From Ruditapes philippinarum (taxonomy: Eukaryota): a stretch of DNA of 64,000 nucleotides. Of the stretch, positions 23,869 to 37,368 are shown in pieces. The stretch spans positions 1 through 64,000 of the forward strand of contig NW_026855145.1 of NCBI RefSeq assembly GCF_026571515.1, written 5' to 3'. Positions within the stretch are counted from its first letter, which is position 1. Every line of letters begins with the position of its first letter. The notes beneath the pieces are model-generated. The model was not told the origin of the DNA. It did not search any database and saw only the letters and a list, made by a program, of their open reading frames with translations. The position numbers and the translations under genes are program-made.

Positions 23869-25152
23869 ACACACAATTTTATATTTTATTTAGATATTAC
23901 TTAAACAACAATACTTCATCTTAAGTTACTGGAAAATGCACGCTCTATTCATGTAATAAAATATATTTATTGCTAAAAAGGCATTCATTAGGAATATGCA
24001 TCACGCAAAAGAAATAGAGATGAATGTTTTCTTAAATTGAAGGCAAGTGTTTTATGTTAATTTCCGTATAAACAAATCATGAATACTCGTGTGTACGAGT
24101 ATAAGTCAAATCAATAGTATCTACCATTTACCTTTTTTATGTTATTTGATAAGACTAATAAGCTTTTTTTTACAAAAAGGCCACTTTCAAAAATTGTGCC
24201 TTAAATGATAACATTGAACATTTGGATTTTAAACTTCCGGTATGTATACGTATACGCTGCTACATTTTTGGTGTAAAAATTCGTCTTCACGTATTACCAT
24301 GTATTTATGTAATAAAATCGTGTTTTAATTCAATAATCATAATTAAAGATAAACAGTGCGGGTGTGTGAACTCTCTTAGTAAAACAGTATGATCATTTAT
24401 AAAGTTCCGGAGTAATCAATTAATGATTAAAATATCTTCCTTCTTTAAATAAAATGATTGAAGCAAAGATATTTAATCGGTCTGAAAATGACATCTGTTC
24501 AAACAAACAGGAACGCTTTTTAAAAAGGTAAATTAAAAAAAATAGGTAAGTTGTGATAAATTGGTTAATAATAATTTTAATAAATTTTAAACGCTTGACA
24601 CCAGAGAAAAACGATAATATGTATCTGACGCGCTAGTAAATGCAGGAATTGGTTCTTAGATAATCATTATTATTAGTTTAGATTCAGGTAGATTACCTCA
24701 TTTAAGATCAATGTTATGAATTGGAATATTACATGAATTTGCTATTCTGATGATTTGTATCGCTCAAGTTGTACACTGATGAGCCTGTACATTTTTGCTA
24801 AGATAATTCTCACCCTGCTTTGGTGGATGTCCAAAATATCAAATGTAATACATGAAACTATGAGAAAATGGTTTTATATCTATGATAAATAGTTACTAAC
24901 GCATGTAAAGAGTTTAGTGGTATGTTTACCTATTTATGCACCAATGTAGCAAAATGTGTTCCTTCAGCTTTTGGTGTTTTTTTTTAAACCTAGATCTGGT
25001 ATCACTATGCGTTTCTCTTTTTACACAGTATTTCGCTACAATCTACGCTTAGAAACTAAACATGTAAACAAATAGAAATTTAAATTTAGGAGTTGAAGAC
25101 TAAATTAAATCCATATATCGGGTAAAAGACCGCCTTAATTAATTCGATTTAC

Positions 25153-25425
25153 GGGGCGTCCCTGGGCGAGTAGTTAAGGTCGTTAACTTCAAACCACTTT
25201 CCCCTCACCGCTGCTTATAAGTATCCCGACAGGGAATTGTATTTTTTATGTCAGGAAGCTATCCAGCTAGATAACGGAACGTAGGTGGTTATACTCCGGT
25301 GTTCGTTCTTTCCTGAAATAATGCACGGAAGGGCACCTGAGGTCTTCCTCCACCAGTAAAGCTTGAACGTCGTCATATGACCTATACTGTGTCGGTGTGA
25401 CGTAAAACCAAATCAAACAAACAAA
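25153..25425 (+). mobile_element. Full-length tRNA-derived RUDI-like SINE
   Basis: Degenerate A box (tgggcgagtagttaagg); core ggaagctatccagct...gaggtcttcctccacca; I/Nimb-like tail catatgacctatactgtgtcggtgtgacgtaaaac(aaac)n. Confidence 0.85.
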
Positions 25426-26599
25426 TTAAGTAAATTTACACAGTACATTTATATTCTTATTATTATAATTGTAGAAACCGAAAGTATAAAATGTCTACCT
25501 GATGCTATTTATTCGGATTTGTTTATATTTGTACACAAGTGAGTATTTCTGAATCGATAATGTTCTATCATAATTATACCGAAATACACTTTATTGTCCT
25601 TTGGATGTCAAATAAACATTCTTTATATATTATCAGAGATAACACTGTCTGTTTTTGTTTAAATGTAAAACCAGTGATAGAACTACTTATACTGATAATG
25701 ATAGGGTTATATTGATAATGGCCGAGATTTTCCGATCGGTTTATGTATGCCGGTCTGCAATAAACGGAACAATTGAAGTCTTTTCTCTATTTGTTATAAT
25801 ATTTGACGGCAGTATGAAGAGGGAAATCTTATCTGTTATCATTATGTCCCATTCACAAAAAGCATTCATATCAATTGTTTATATTAGTGTTGACATTTCT
25901 ATTCTTAATATTTTTACTAATAACTATTGAACGCTATTTTGAAAACCAAAAGACTAGTAGTGATTTAATGAATGATTCCAGAAACCTCCGAGTTCAAAAC
26001 TCCCTTTGTGACCGAGGGTTGCCTTCACGGATAGGCTTAGGGATTGCCTTTAATGGTTGATACAGATGGTTTGTCTTAAAGGGATTTGGCATAACAATGG
26101 CAGCCACCGTTTATCCCTGTGTGACCGCTAAATGTGTTCAAATTATTGGTTTTTGTTTAATATGTTGATATTTGACTAATTAGGGAAATGCCTTCCTTCA
26201 ATACCACACAAATAAATCATTTCACGGTTTAATTTATACAAACAAATATATTTGATTTTTTTTTTCAAATTTACACTTTAATATATCAAATTTAGTTTTA
26301 AATTATTGTGTTCGTCTAAAATTGTTCTCACGCAATCAGTAGAATATAAAGTGATAAGTCAGTCCTGTTACATGTATTATGTTAAAATTAGTAATGTACT
26401 CATACAGTTATGTTTCATCCCTCAACTGCATCATCTTTGTGGCTTTTCTTTCTATATTAAAACCAGTAAATTTTATGATTTAAAATATCATGACAATTAC
26501 TTAATAACATTTATTTTTTATGCAGTAGCACGATATAAGTACAAAACATCGCTGTTGTACTTTATGAGAATTGCATACATTTATAAAAAGGTAAAGGTC

Positions 26600-26875
26600 T
26601 TGTTTATTATAGTGTCAACCCTACTGAAAGTGCCAGCCATTTCTGACTTATGAGACACCTTTTGCTTGCATACCATGTACCTCCCAACTTCTACCACTAT
26701 GCCAGGCGTCAGGCGGATAGAAATCGGTAACCATTCATTTTAACTACCTCGCGGCTCACGAAGCGGCCATTTCGGAATGAGTCCCACGAGAAACATTCAT
26801 CCTGCTATTGACGCTCCCCGTTTGGCTCGAACCTTCGACCTCCCGATCCGAAGGCGGACGCCTTAACCACTAGTC
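26600..26875 (-). mobile_element. tRNA-derived SINE (possibly CORE-type)
   Basis: Reverse strand ctagtggttaaggcgtccgcc...aggttcgagcc (A and B boxes), then cgcctgacgcctggcatag and an aataaac tail. Confidence 0.7.
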
Positions 26876-28249
26876 ACTCTTTAGAGATTTTGAGTTTTGA
26901 GTACAAAAATATATATTTTTTCTTCAAATTAAATTAGACACAGATCAGCATCAACTGATTAATATTTTTATGAACATTTTGTCTATGTGAACAATGACAC
27001 CTGTTTAATTTATAAACTTTAATAGCAGATGGGACAAAAACACAAATATGTATAAAGTGAAGAATTGATCATAACTATACTGCTATGACGCACTCGCTCT
27101 ATTTAAATAGTGGAAAACGAAATCCCTAAAAAAACGTCAACAACGTCAAAATTAGAGAAAATGTTGCAGGCTCGGTTTGATTTATTAATTCTATGTACAA
27201 TTGCCGATCATATTAATTTCAATCGATGCCATTTTGTATACATTTCATCGTTTAGTTTTAAAACAGAAATATGTATTCATATTAACATTTATCTGGTACA
27301 ACTGACAACAAATTAAGTTTATTTTTAGTAATGGAAAATAATATCACCATTTCAGATTTATGTAACATCTAAAGTTTTAGGAAGCTATTTAAGTCCTGGA
27401 ATAAAAGAAACATAACAGCAAAAAAAAAAGAAAGAAAGGAAAAGAAACAACATATAAATTAAAAAGAAATAATAAAGGGCTAATAAACTTTTATCAAAGT
27501 AAAAAATAAAAAGTCCTAGCATACTTAGTCAATTATCTTTGCATTGTTTATGCTATGAATTTTTGAAGGAAAAAAGTCTTTGTTTTGCCAATGTTTTTTT
27601 CAACTGACTTCTGATCGGCATTTTTTTATAAAATCGCCAATAAAATATTTAAACACAATATGAAAAACAAATAGTGTATAAGTGTTATGCGTGTTTTTTG
27701 TGTATGAAATAGGTCTTCGTCACTCGCTATATCATCTGCAATGAAAAGGCAATTCCAAAAAAGCCAGTATTTTTATTAAATGATTTTAGAATAAAGAACG
27801 TCTCACATTTTATCATCAAAACAATTATAAAGATACTTTAAAGTATTATTTTACATACCAAATATTTCAACACAGATCTTTCATTTAGTCTCGTATTATC
27901 AAATCTTCTAAAGGCATAACGAATGCCCTTCTTCCTGCTGTTACTTACGAGGCATTGTGAAAATCTTGTATCAAAACGTTTCATAATTGTCAGCTGTAAG
28001 TATAAAACATTGTCTTCTTTGTCTGGAACGCAATCAATATATAAGGCCCGACTTATGTATATCTATAATTGTCTGTAGTGAAAAAAAAGTAATAGCATGA
28101 TGCGAGACTCTAATGTTCAAATACCATGACCTATGGATACATAGATTGTCCGTCTCTACAAAAAATATGATCGAGGAATTGAAATGCGCTTGGGTAGCTG
28201 CTTTAAGGTGATTCAACCGGTGTTTACTACTGCCGTCCATGAATATAAG

Positions 28250-28528
28250 TTCCCCGCACTCCAGAGCATGCCCATTGATTGGTTCATTTTAGCTGGGGTT
28301 TACTTATTGTGACGACAGAGAAGGGGAAAGCGAGAAAAATATCATATTAAGATGCTCATTCAATGGTAACTGTTTTCTGGAGTTTCATATTGTGACAACA
28401 GGGAACGTGTTTTTGTTTTTGACTTAAGAGAAAGAACATCAAAACACTCGGTAATCCGATTAATGCTCGGGGTCTACGCTCCCTCGTACAAATCAGCCTC
28501 GTGTTTCGATGATCTTTCTATTACTTAA
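28250..28528 (-). mobile_element. Crypton-type non-autonomous element end
   Basis: Imperfect terminal hairpin ttaagagaaagaacatcaaaacac ... gtgtttcgatgatctttctattacttaa with a ggggtctacgctccc loop; other boundary uncertain. Confidence 0.5.
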
Positions 28529-30834
28529 CGGTATATTGTATTGAAATATTATTACTCTTAAACGAGTTTTCACAGCAAATCTCGTTCGCTTATCTAAACT
28601 CAGTGTTTTGATAGATAACAATGTTTTTATTTATATATTTTTATATCCGTGAATTGTAATTATTTTTTGGCCGACAATATGATTCAATACATTTTATCGA
28701 AATAAAATACGTACTGTAAATACGGACCAAGTAAAAAAGTATTTTTAGGTACTGAAATATTTTATAAATATGTATCTTTTAAAATTGCAAAGCTGTTCAA
28801 CTTTTCAATATTTAAGCTGTCGATTTATCGATCTGAAATATCTATTTCGTGAGGGAGTTCTTAAGTTCATTTGCGACAGTTTGCATTGATTTTACGATAT
28901 CGATTACAAGCTTCGTATGAACATTAACTACTTTTGAAGAAAGAAACAAGTTTTCCCTAAGGAAATGTATTATCTTGTCGGCTGATAAGCCGGATTAATC
29001 AAATACTTCCCCAGACGTTCCCTTAACATTATCTTTTATATAAACGTGAAATATAATCAACATTTAACATTTCTGAGATGTTTTGTATTTTCATATTTGT
29101 TATATTGGATTTTTTTACAGTGATTTGGTCTAAAATGGATGGTCAGTAATACAATAAATAATTACGTTGATAGATTTTAGTATCAGACATAACCGCAAAC
29201 CATGGCACAATTATATATAAATGTTATTGGTAAATGTAAACCAATTTACTTTCTGTGATTTATTATTTTTGTTTCTACTATGTTTCAATATTTATCTGGG
29301 TTAAAGAGCAAGTTCTTGAAATTAAAGTTTAATAAAGAAATGCAAATAAATAAGGAGTATTATTTGAGTTTCCGACTAAAACACATTTTAAATTTGTATA
29401 TATTTAGACATTTATTTTTTCTTCATTTGAACATATTCGTGATACTGTTTTAAACCGGTATGCCTGCGAATATAGTCTCATAAAGCACTTGAAATTTTAC
29501 AACTCTTACAAATAAGCTGTTCACAGTTATAGAGCAATATACATATTCGAACAATAGATATACATACTAATCTATCTGATAACCCAGTCATACATTATAT
29601 GATAGCACATACTCATGACTTGTCAATTAATGATTCTACAAAATATCATTACCAACACTGAGAAAGGAAGTTATTTCTATCATTATCATTAAGTTAGAAC
29701 AGAACATAGTAAATAACTTGAAGTCAGCCCCATTTGAGTATGTTATCAGAACAGATGCTAATTACTAGTATACACATAAGAACGTATCATTACTTTTTTC
29801 TTAAAAAATAATCTTAATGTTTCAATAGTTTGAACATAAGGTTGATTAAAATCTCAAATATTAAAGGACAAGGCATGTTACTTCCGGATTATCAAAATTT
29901 GAGCTAGAAAGTGTTGCTGCCATGATGTGTGTTTTTTTGAAGAATCTTATATCTGATTGAATGTCCGAATTTGAGTAATAACATTCTGAATATATCATGG
30001 CAATACTTACGTAAATATATAACATTTACAAAGTTAATATCAGTATTTTATCATAGTCTGTCATTTGGTGCATGTTAAAAATAAACGTTTACAAACCTCG
30101 TGCACATCAACCATTCAATGAACAATATCACGTTAGAATAACATAATTTTCTTTTAATAAAGTATATTCGGTATGTACATTTGCAAGATCTTCGCCGACA
30201 GTAGACAGTTTCGGAATGCTATCAATATCAACTATGTAATTAAGGAATTAATATCTGTATAACGACAGCTCTGGCACTTGGCTGACAATGGTCACAATAG
30301 TCCAATCTTACATCGCTGAATAAGATATCATGAATAATTCATATTTTACCTCCTTAACTATGATTAAATGTACTGTAATGGATCCAGCAACTGATGCAAG
30401 AAATATAATATGAATGTAAATGGTCCTCCGGTAACTATTGAATAATATTATCTAGTGCTTTCAATTGTCTTTATGTATAACATTCACATATATGGTCCAA
30501 GAGTGTAACGATACCTATTTATATTTGATGAAAGATTAAAGTAAACTGGTCAATAATGGAAGGTCTCTAATACCATAAATAATTATATTGATTGAGTTGA
30601 GCATCATAAGTAGGAACATATCACATAATAATTCTAATTGCACTAATTCATTATCTCTCATTTACAGATTCAATCAAACCGAGTCTGCAATTTCTTATGT
30701 AATTTTGTTGTGAATAATGCTTCCGAGGGATCATTTTGTTTCCAGAATTTTAAACAAACAAATATACATATATTAGCAATACTTTTGTTTGGTTTTACGG
30801 CGCATTAACACAGTACGGCGAAACAGGACATGGT

Positions 30835-31310
30835 TTTTGTTGGTTTGTTTGGATTTTTACGGCACGTCAACACATAACTGGCCATATCGTGCCAAATGCT
30901 ATAATAGGCTTAAAATGTTATGTAAAACTTTGTAAATGACAATAGAAATGAGCCAATTAGATCCTAGAATACACGTTTATCTCTTTCAAATAATCAATTA
31001 TGGTTTTTGATGGAATTGTATTAAAGAGTTCTTTGAGTGAATTTACAGAATAAAATCTATTACGGATCTGTGAAAAATCATGACATTCAAGAAGAAAATG
31101 CTTGACTGTAAAATTTTCATTACAACCTACACAGAAAAGGGCATTGTCATTTGTGAGGAGATAAGAGTGGGTAATTTTAGTGTGTCCAATTCGGCATCGA
31201 AGAACTGTTTGATCACGGCGGTTTGACAGATATAGAGATGGTGACACATCAAGAGATGGGTTTATATCGTGAAGTTTATTAAAAACGGCATTGTCCCAAT
31301 TGGTTTTGCC
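30835..31310 (-). mobile_element. 5'-truncated I/Nimb-clade LINE 3' end
   Basis: RDQTVLRCRIGHTKITHSYLL...C..C....TVKHFLLEC C-terminal CCHC region; 3' end ggcacgatatggcc...gtgccgtaaaaatcc(aaac)n. Confidence 0.9.
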
Positions 31311-31966
31311 GTTTGTTTTGGCTTAACGGCGACACTGAATACAGCGCCGCTCACTATAATGAGTAGGCATGTAGCTAGAGGGTTGGTACAAGTGATTTAA
31401 TTAAAAAATAATACAAGTTAATTTGCTTTAAGTGACAATCTGATATGTTGGTGGGCTTGAAAAATGCGAATGGCATTAACGTTGGCTCCGGTGATTTTCG
31501 GACTAGATCCTTGTTTTATCAGGCCTTTTGGTGTAACTTTTGTCGCGTTTTATTACTTTATTGTGACGTTGTCACGATTATTTTAGGCAGGCTGTAATGG
31601 AATTCTATTACGTCATACAACTTCCGTGCTCAAATGAGATGTGCATAGACCGTATCGATATTCCTCAGTGCGTTTTTGCTACTCGTAGAGTGCAGTCGTA
31701 TTTCTACAGTAGCTGACCGTTTTCCGTGACGGATTCGTTCGTTCACGATTTAGACAATTGTTGTTCTAGTCAGTCTTACAAATTATTGCTATTCGTAGCA
31801 ATACTTTTATTATTTTATTGTTATTAGTAACAATTTGATACAATTTTATAATATTTGTTTGCAAATATTGTTTATTTGCCTTTGTTGTATTTTTTACGAC
31901 AAGACATTTTACGACATACCCACGTGCGTTAGTAGAGTTGCTTTACGAAGTCGCGTGGTAAGCAAA

Positions 31967-34579
31967 ATGGCAGATAAAGAAGTCCAGTTAAAAAACACGG
32001 GGAAAAAGACCATAAAAGTCTCCCAACAAAATGAAACAACCCCAGTAACCACATCTAGTTCGTCTAGTCATTCGTCCATGTTAATTTCAAGTGACAAGGC
32101 TGCTACTAGCAGCAGTAGCGGTAAACAACCTACGAAACAGTTGCCCACCAAGGAGGGTGGGGTAACGAAAAAAGTGTTACTGATATTAAAGGAAATGAAT
32201 GCAAATCTCAATGCACAAGCCACACGCTTGGAAAAACAAGAACAAAAATTACAGTCCTTCACTGAACAGTTGACTGATCAAGATTACAGTGAATATAATG
32301 AGTACAATGACTATGAATGCCAAGAACAATATGATGATGATGATGCTTGTGTCGACGTAGCCCAGTCGGTATTACAGGTGGGGTAATAGACAGACACAAC
32401 AAATGCAAATCTGAAATATCCAAGATATTTATTAAACAATATATATAAACACAATATAACTATATAACACAACTATAATATGTAATGGTCAGATATGAAG
32501 TGCCATTAACAAATATAAGATAAGGTTGAATGAGTGATACAGGTATGTAATAACTACATGTACAATTTCAGGTAAGTATTGTAAATATTCCAGGTAAGTA
32601 TTGTGAATATATCTCTCTGTTATCTATCAAAAACCTCTATATATTAACCAATAATGACATTCTGTAATAATCTAATAATTTAAGTAATAAGTCAGAGATT
32701 ACTAACCTGAAATATCCAAGATATTTATTAAACAATATATAAACACAATATAAATATATAACACAACTATAATATGTAATGGTCAGATATGAAGTGCAAT
32801 GGAGCATCACACAACATACCCGAACATAGCATATCAAGTTTACGGGTGACAGGTTAGTAACAATGACAGATAAGAATAATAGAAATATAGAGAGATATAA
32901 CGGTATAGGATCAGGGGTCAAATAATATATAACACATTAAGATACAGTTAATATATTTTATTTGAAATGTATAACAAAACATAAGGCAATGTACATTTTA
33001 TATAAATTTCTATCCTGCGACATACTCCTCCAGGTTCGTTTAAAAGGCTCCTGACTTTTCTGTACGTCTCCCTTCAATTAAAAAAAACATATATACATAT
33101 TATATACAAAGTTATATAACACATTTGCTAAATATAAGTAATTGATAGCAAAACATAAGTTGCACACGCTGGCTGGGCTACAACTCAATATTTCTGTGTA
33201 CAATACCTGAGGTAATTATAATTGAGCAAGAATTAATGAATTCAACATCAAACTCGAAGCTTGATGATGCAATTGATAGATATCCGTTAGCTCCTATAGA
33301 CACGAGACGTGGAACCATAGACAGAGCTACATACAATTGTAACATGACAAGAAGGTGTGCCAGGTAAGTATGTTGCATATTGAGTATATCGAGGTAAGTA
33401 TTGTGAATATATCTCTCTGTTATCTATCAAAAACCTCTTTATATTAACCAATAATGACATTCTGTAATAATCTAATAATTCAAGTAATAAGTCAGAGATT
33501 ACTAACCTGAAATATCCAAGATATTTATTAAACAATATATATAAACACAATATAACTATATAACACAACTATAATATGTAATGGTCAGATATGAAGTGCA
33601 ACGGAGCATCACACAACATACCCGAACATAGCATATCAAGTTTACGGGTGACAGGTTAGTAACAATGACAGATAAGAATAATAGAAATATAGAGAGAGAT
33701 ATAACGGTATAGGATCAGGGGTCAAATAATATATAACACATTAAGATACAGTTAATATACTTTATTTGACATGTATAACAAAACATAAGGCAATGTACAT
33801 TTTATATAAATTTCTATCCTGCGACACTTGTATATCTGAACAAGCATCCATTCCTTCAAGTGCTAAGAAAAATTCTGGGGGAGGTATATTTAGTTCATTA
33901 GTGAACAAATTCCAGCAAGAAGACGCTGTTGATAGTGAAGTCAATGATGACCTAGCACATTTTGTCAACATGTCGTTTAGAAGTGGTTTGACGGAAGATA
34001 AACTGTCAGATATAGTGAAGGACATACACAGGCCACAGAATTGTGAGGCGTTGGTTTAAACCAGAGTCAACCAGGGAATCTGGAGACTACTGAAAAATGC
34101 ATACACAGGCCGACGACAAAACCGAATGCAGATAATTCAGATTTAATCGTCAAAGCCCACATCCAACATTGTCAAGCTTATTGACAAAAAATGCTAACTC
34201 TTTAGACCCTTGTGATATGGACTGGGAGTTCAAACTCTATTGCGTTGCTCGGACAGGCTAAATAAAATTTGATAAATATTCGTCGGAAAGTACTCCATAA
34301 GTCGGATCTTGATCCGAAGTACCAATTATTGGCTTCAGCATCTCTTCCATTCACTGATAACTTATATGGTGACGATACAGACGTCAACAAGAATGTGAAG
34401 GAGATCAATGACCTGAACAAGATTGGTCGTAGTCTTGGTTCGGGATTCCCTCGGGGCAACTATCGTGGCTATGTTCAGCAACGCCCTCATCCTTTTACAG
34501 CGAGGGTTCCGTGGTGAAAGGTTGGGTCGGCCGGACATATAGGCAGCTTCAAAAATCCAGGATGGCGCCCAAGAAGTAG
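31967..34579 (+). pseudogene. DIRS gag-like ORF, split by an LTR element
   Basis: MADKEV...DDDDAC joins ISEQASIP in frame once 32350-33826 and one TSD copy are removed; IHRPQNCEAL..RVN..IW and LYGDD motifs; later frameshifts. Confidence 0.8.
32350..33826 (-). mobile_element. Non-autonomous LTR element (4-bp TSD, Gypsy-like)
   Basis: TSD cttg (32346-32349 / 33827-33830); minus-strand ends tgtcgc...tcgaca; direct repeat 32590-33021 vs 33392-33826; PPT-like cctggaggagta before the downstream LTR. Confidence 0.8.
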
Positions 34580-34875
34580 AGCGGTTAAGTTACTTTTTAA
34601 AGCCTGGTAGAATTTGAAGTGATTTTATTGAAAATTGGAGAAAAAAAACCAGTGATGATTCAGTGTTGGACATTGTCAACCCATTTACATTTAATTTTAA
34701 AGAGGTTTTGTAACATTTTAATTTTTCCGTTTGTTGGGCCCTTTCTTTGGGGATTCTTGTTTTATCTATTTTTTTAATCCCATTTAAAAAATGTTTTTCT
34801 CATTAAAACCATTTACACCCGAAGAAGGATAAACTTTGATAGGTAAAGAAAATTTAGAAAAATTATTAAAAATGG

Positions 34876-36481
34876 GTGTTATTAACAGAAGTTGAAATAC
34901 ATCCTGAGGAATATATTTCTCCAATTTTCATACGTCCTAAAAAGAATGGTGAATATAGAATGATTTTAAATTTGAAAGAATTAAATGAATTTATTGAATA
35001 TCATCATTTTAAAATGGACACATTTGAATCTGTATTAAAATTAGTCAAACCTGGCTGTTATTTTTGCATCAATTGATTTGCGTCATGCCTTACTATTCTG
35101 TTCCAATTGCAACAGAACACAAAATTTAAGCTAAGATTTCAGAAGTCAGGTAAAATCTACCAGTAACGAAGCTCTTCCAAATGGTATTTCTTGTGCGCCA
35201 AAACAGTTTACTAGGCTCATGAAGCCAGTTTATGCATCTCTACGCATGCTTGGACATAAGAATTCTGGGTACATAGATGACTCATTGTTAATGGCAGACA
35301 CAATCTCAGAATGTCGAGAAAATGTGTCCGACACTGTCATTTAATGACTGATGTTGGCTTTATGATACATGAAAAAAAATCAGTACTTGAACCCATTCAA
35401 AAAATTACCTTTCTCGTAACGATATTGATTCAAAAGAAATGATTGTAACTTTGCCGTTAGAAAAAGTAAATGGAATTGTCCAAGCATGTGTAGATCTGCA
35501 AAAACCGTAATCATGCAAAGATTAGGGAAGTTGCTAGAGTTTTGGGTCTCCTGGTTTCCACTTTCTCTGCAGTTGAGTTTGCTCCTTTGTATTATCGTGA
35601 TACAGAGAGGGAAAAAATCATTGCTTTAAAAGAAAATAGAGGAGATTATGAGTCCACCATGATGGTAACTAAATCAATTAAAGTTGAATTACAATGGTGG
35701 ATTGATAATCTTTCTCAACAAAAGCGGAGAATTTCTCATGGAAACCCAAGCATTGTTATCACTTGCGATGCCTCGATCCAAGGCTGGGGATCAGTGTGTG
35801 AAAAATTAGAAAATGGTGTGTCGATGGAGTGACCAGGAGGCCCAAAACCATATCAATTTCCTGGAACTGCTTGCTGTAAGCTATGCATTAAAATCCTTTT
35901 GCAAAACCACAACTAATAGCCATGTTCAGATAAGATCAGACAATACATGTGCAATCTCCTATATTAAGAACATGGGAGGAAAAATACAGAATTTAAACAG
36001 TCTTGCTAGACAAATCTGGTTGTGGTGTTGTGAAAGAAATATATGGCTTTCAGCAACGCATGTTCCTGGAATAGACAATGAGGCTGATGCTAGTTCGAGA
36101 AAATTCAATGACAATACTGAATGGATGCTAAATGATGGGTTGTTTTCAAAATTGGCAGACATATTTGGGCAGCCGGAAGTAGATTTATTTGCTTCCAGGT
36201 TAAACAAACAGTTGCCAAGATATGTCTCTTGGAAACCAGACCCGGAAGCAGAAGCTGTAGATGCTTTTTCATTAAACTGGAAAGGAAAATTTATTTATGC
36301 TTTTCCTCCTTTCAGTCTGATTGGTCGTCTGGTGCAGAAGGTACTGCTAGACGAAGCAGAGATGGTCCTGGTGGCGCCTGTTTGGGTAACTCAGAACTGG
36401 TACACAGCAGTTTTGGAAATGTTAATAGACATCCCACTAATCATCAAAGTAAGTCGCAACACACTACGAATTCCGGCTTGA
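34876..36481 (+). pseudogene. DIRS pol: reverse transcriptase, RNase H and methyltransferase-like domain
   Basis: ISPIFIRPKKNGEYRMILNLK, LPNGISCAP, GYIDD (~35268); ITCDASIQGWG, HINFLELLAV, RSDNTCA, HVPGIDNEAD; DLFASRLN and YAFPPF. Frameshifted. Confidence 0.9.
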
Positions 36482-37013
36482 ACAAAATTCACCCTCTTGT
36501 AAACAAACTCCATTTGATGGCATGTCATATATCAGGAAATCATTCGAAAGCAGAGAACTTTCGGAAAAGTCTGTCGAAATCATCATGGCGTCATGGAGAC
36601 GCTCCACTAAGAAGCAATATTCATGTTACATCAACAAATGGGTTCTTTTTCTGTCGTAAAAGGCAAAGTAATATATTTCAAACCTCTATAGACTTTGTGA
36701 TAGAATTTCTTACAGAACTTTTTAATAAGGGTTATAGTTATGAAACTTTGAATTCAGCAAGGAGTGCATTGTCAATGCTTTGTGAATCACATGAAGGGTA
36801 TAATGTTGGCTCACACCCGTTAGTTGTGAGATACATGACTGGTGTGTATAACTTAAGACCTACAAGATCAAAGTATACAGAAACGTGGGATGTTTCAAAA
36901 CTTCTGAGTCACCTGAAGACGCTGCCACCAGTGAATAATTTGACATTGAAAATGTTAAGCTATAAGTTAGCAACACTTATTGTTTTGACTCAGGCAAGTC
37001 GTTCTCACTCTGT

Positions 37014-37135
37014 AAAATATGATAAACAAGATCGACAAGGAAAGGCGGCATTCAATGAACGCAGCCCCCATCCGACCCAGCAACAAGCGTCAGCGGCAAG
37101 GAGCCCAGGAGGACTCCAAAGAAAAACAGGACAGG
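37014..37135 (-). repeat. Fixed-end insert, family 2, inside the YR gene
   Basis: aaaatatgataaacaagatcgacaaggaaaggcggcattcaatgaacgc interrupts RSHSV..LTLEGM. Confidence 0.8.
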
Positions 37136-37368
37136 GCACAATTAACTTTAGAAGGTATGAAGAAGGATGAGAATTCCTTTATTTTGTATTATTGTGGGCT
37201 TTTGAAACAATGTCGTAAGGGTAAACGTAACCCTGTTGTAAATTGCAAGAAGTATACTCCAGATAGGAGGTTGTGTGTATATAGTACATTAGAAGAATAC
37301 ATATCGCGTACTAAACATTTGCGTGGAGAAGAAAAAAGGTTATTCATAAGTTACATTAAACCATACAA

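Larger units (their letters stand above)
11785..24350 (+). repeat. Large duplication, copy A part 2 (pairs with 49711-64000)
   Basis: Colinear and near-identical apart from indels; visibly more diverged beyond ~22750. Confidence 0.95.

Noticed and set aside
25153-25235. tRNA gene (also 26800-26875)
   Set aside because: Degenerate SINE heads continuing into SINE bodies.
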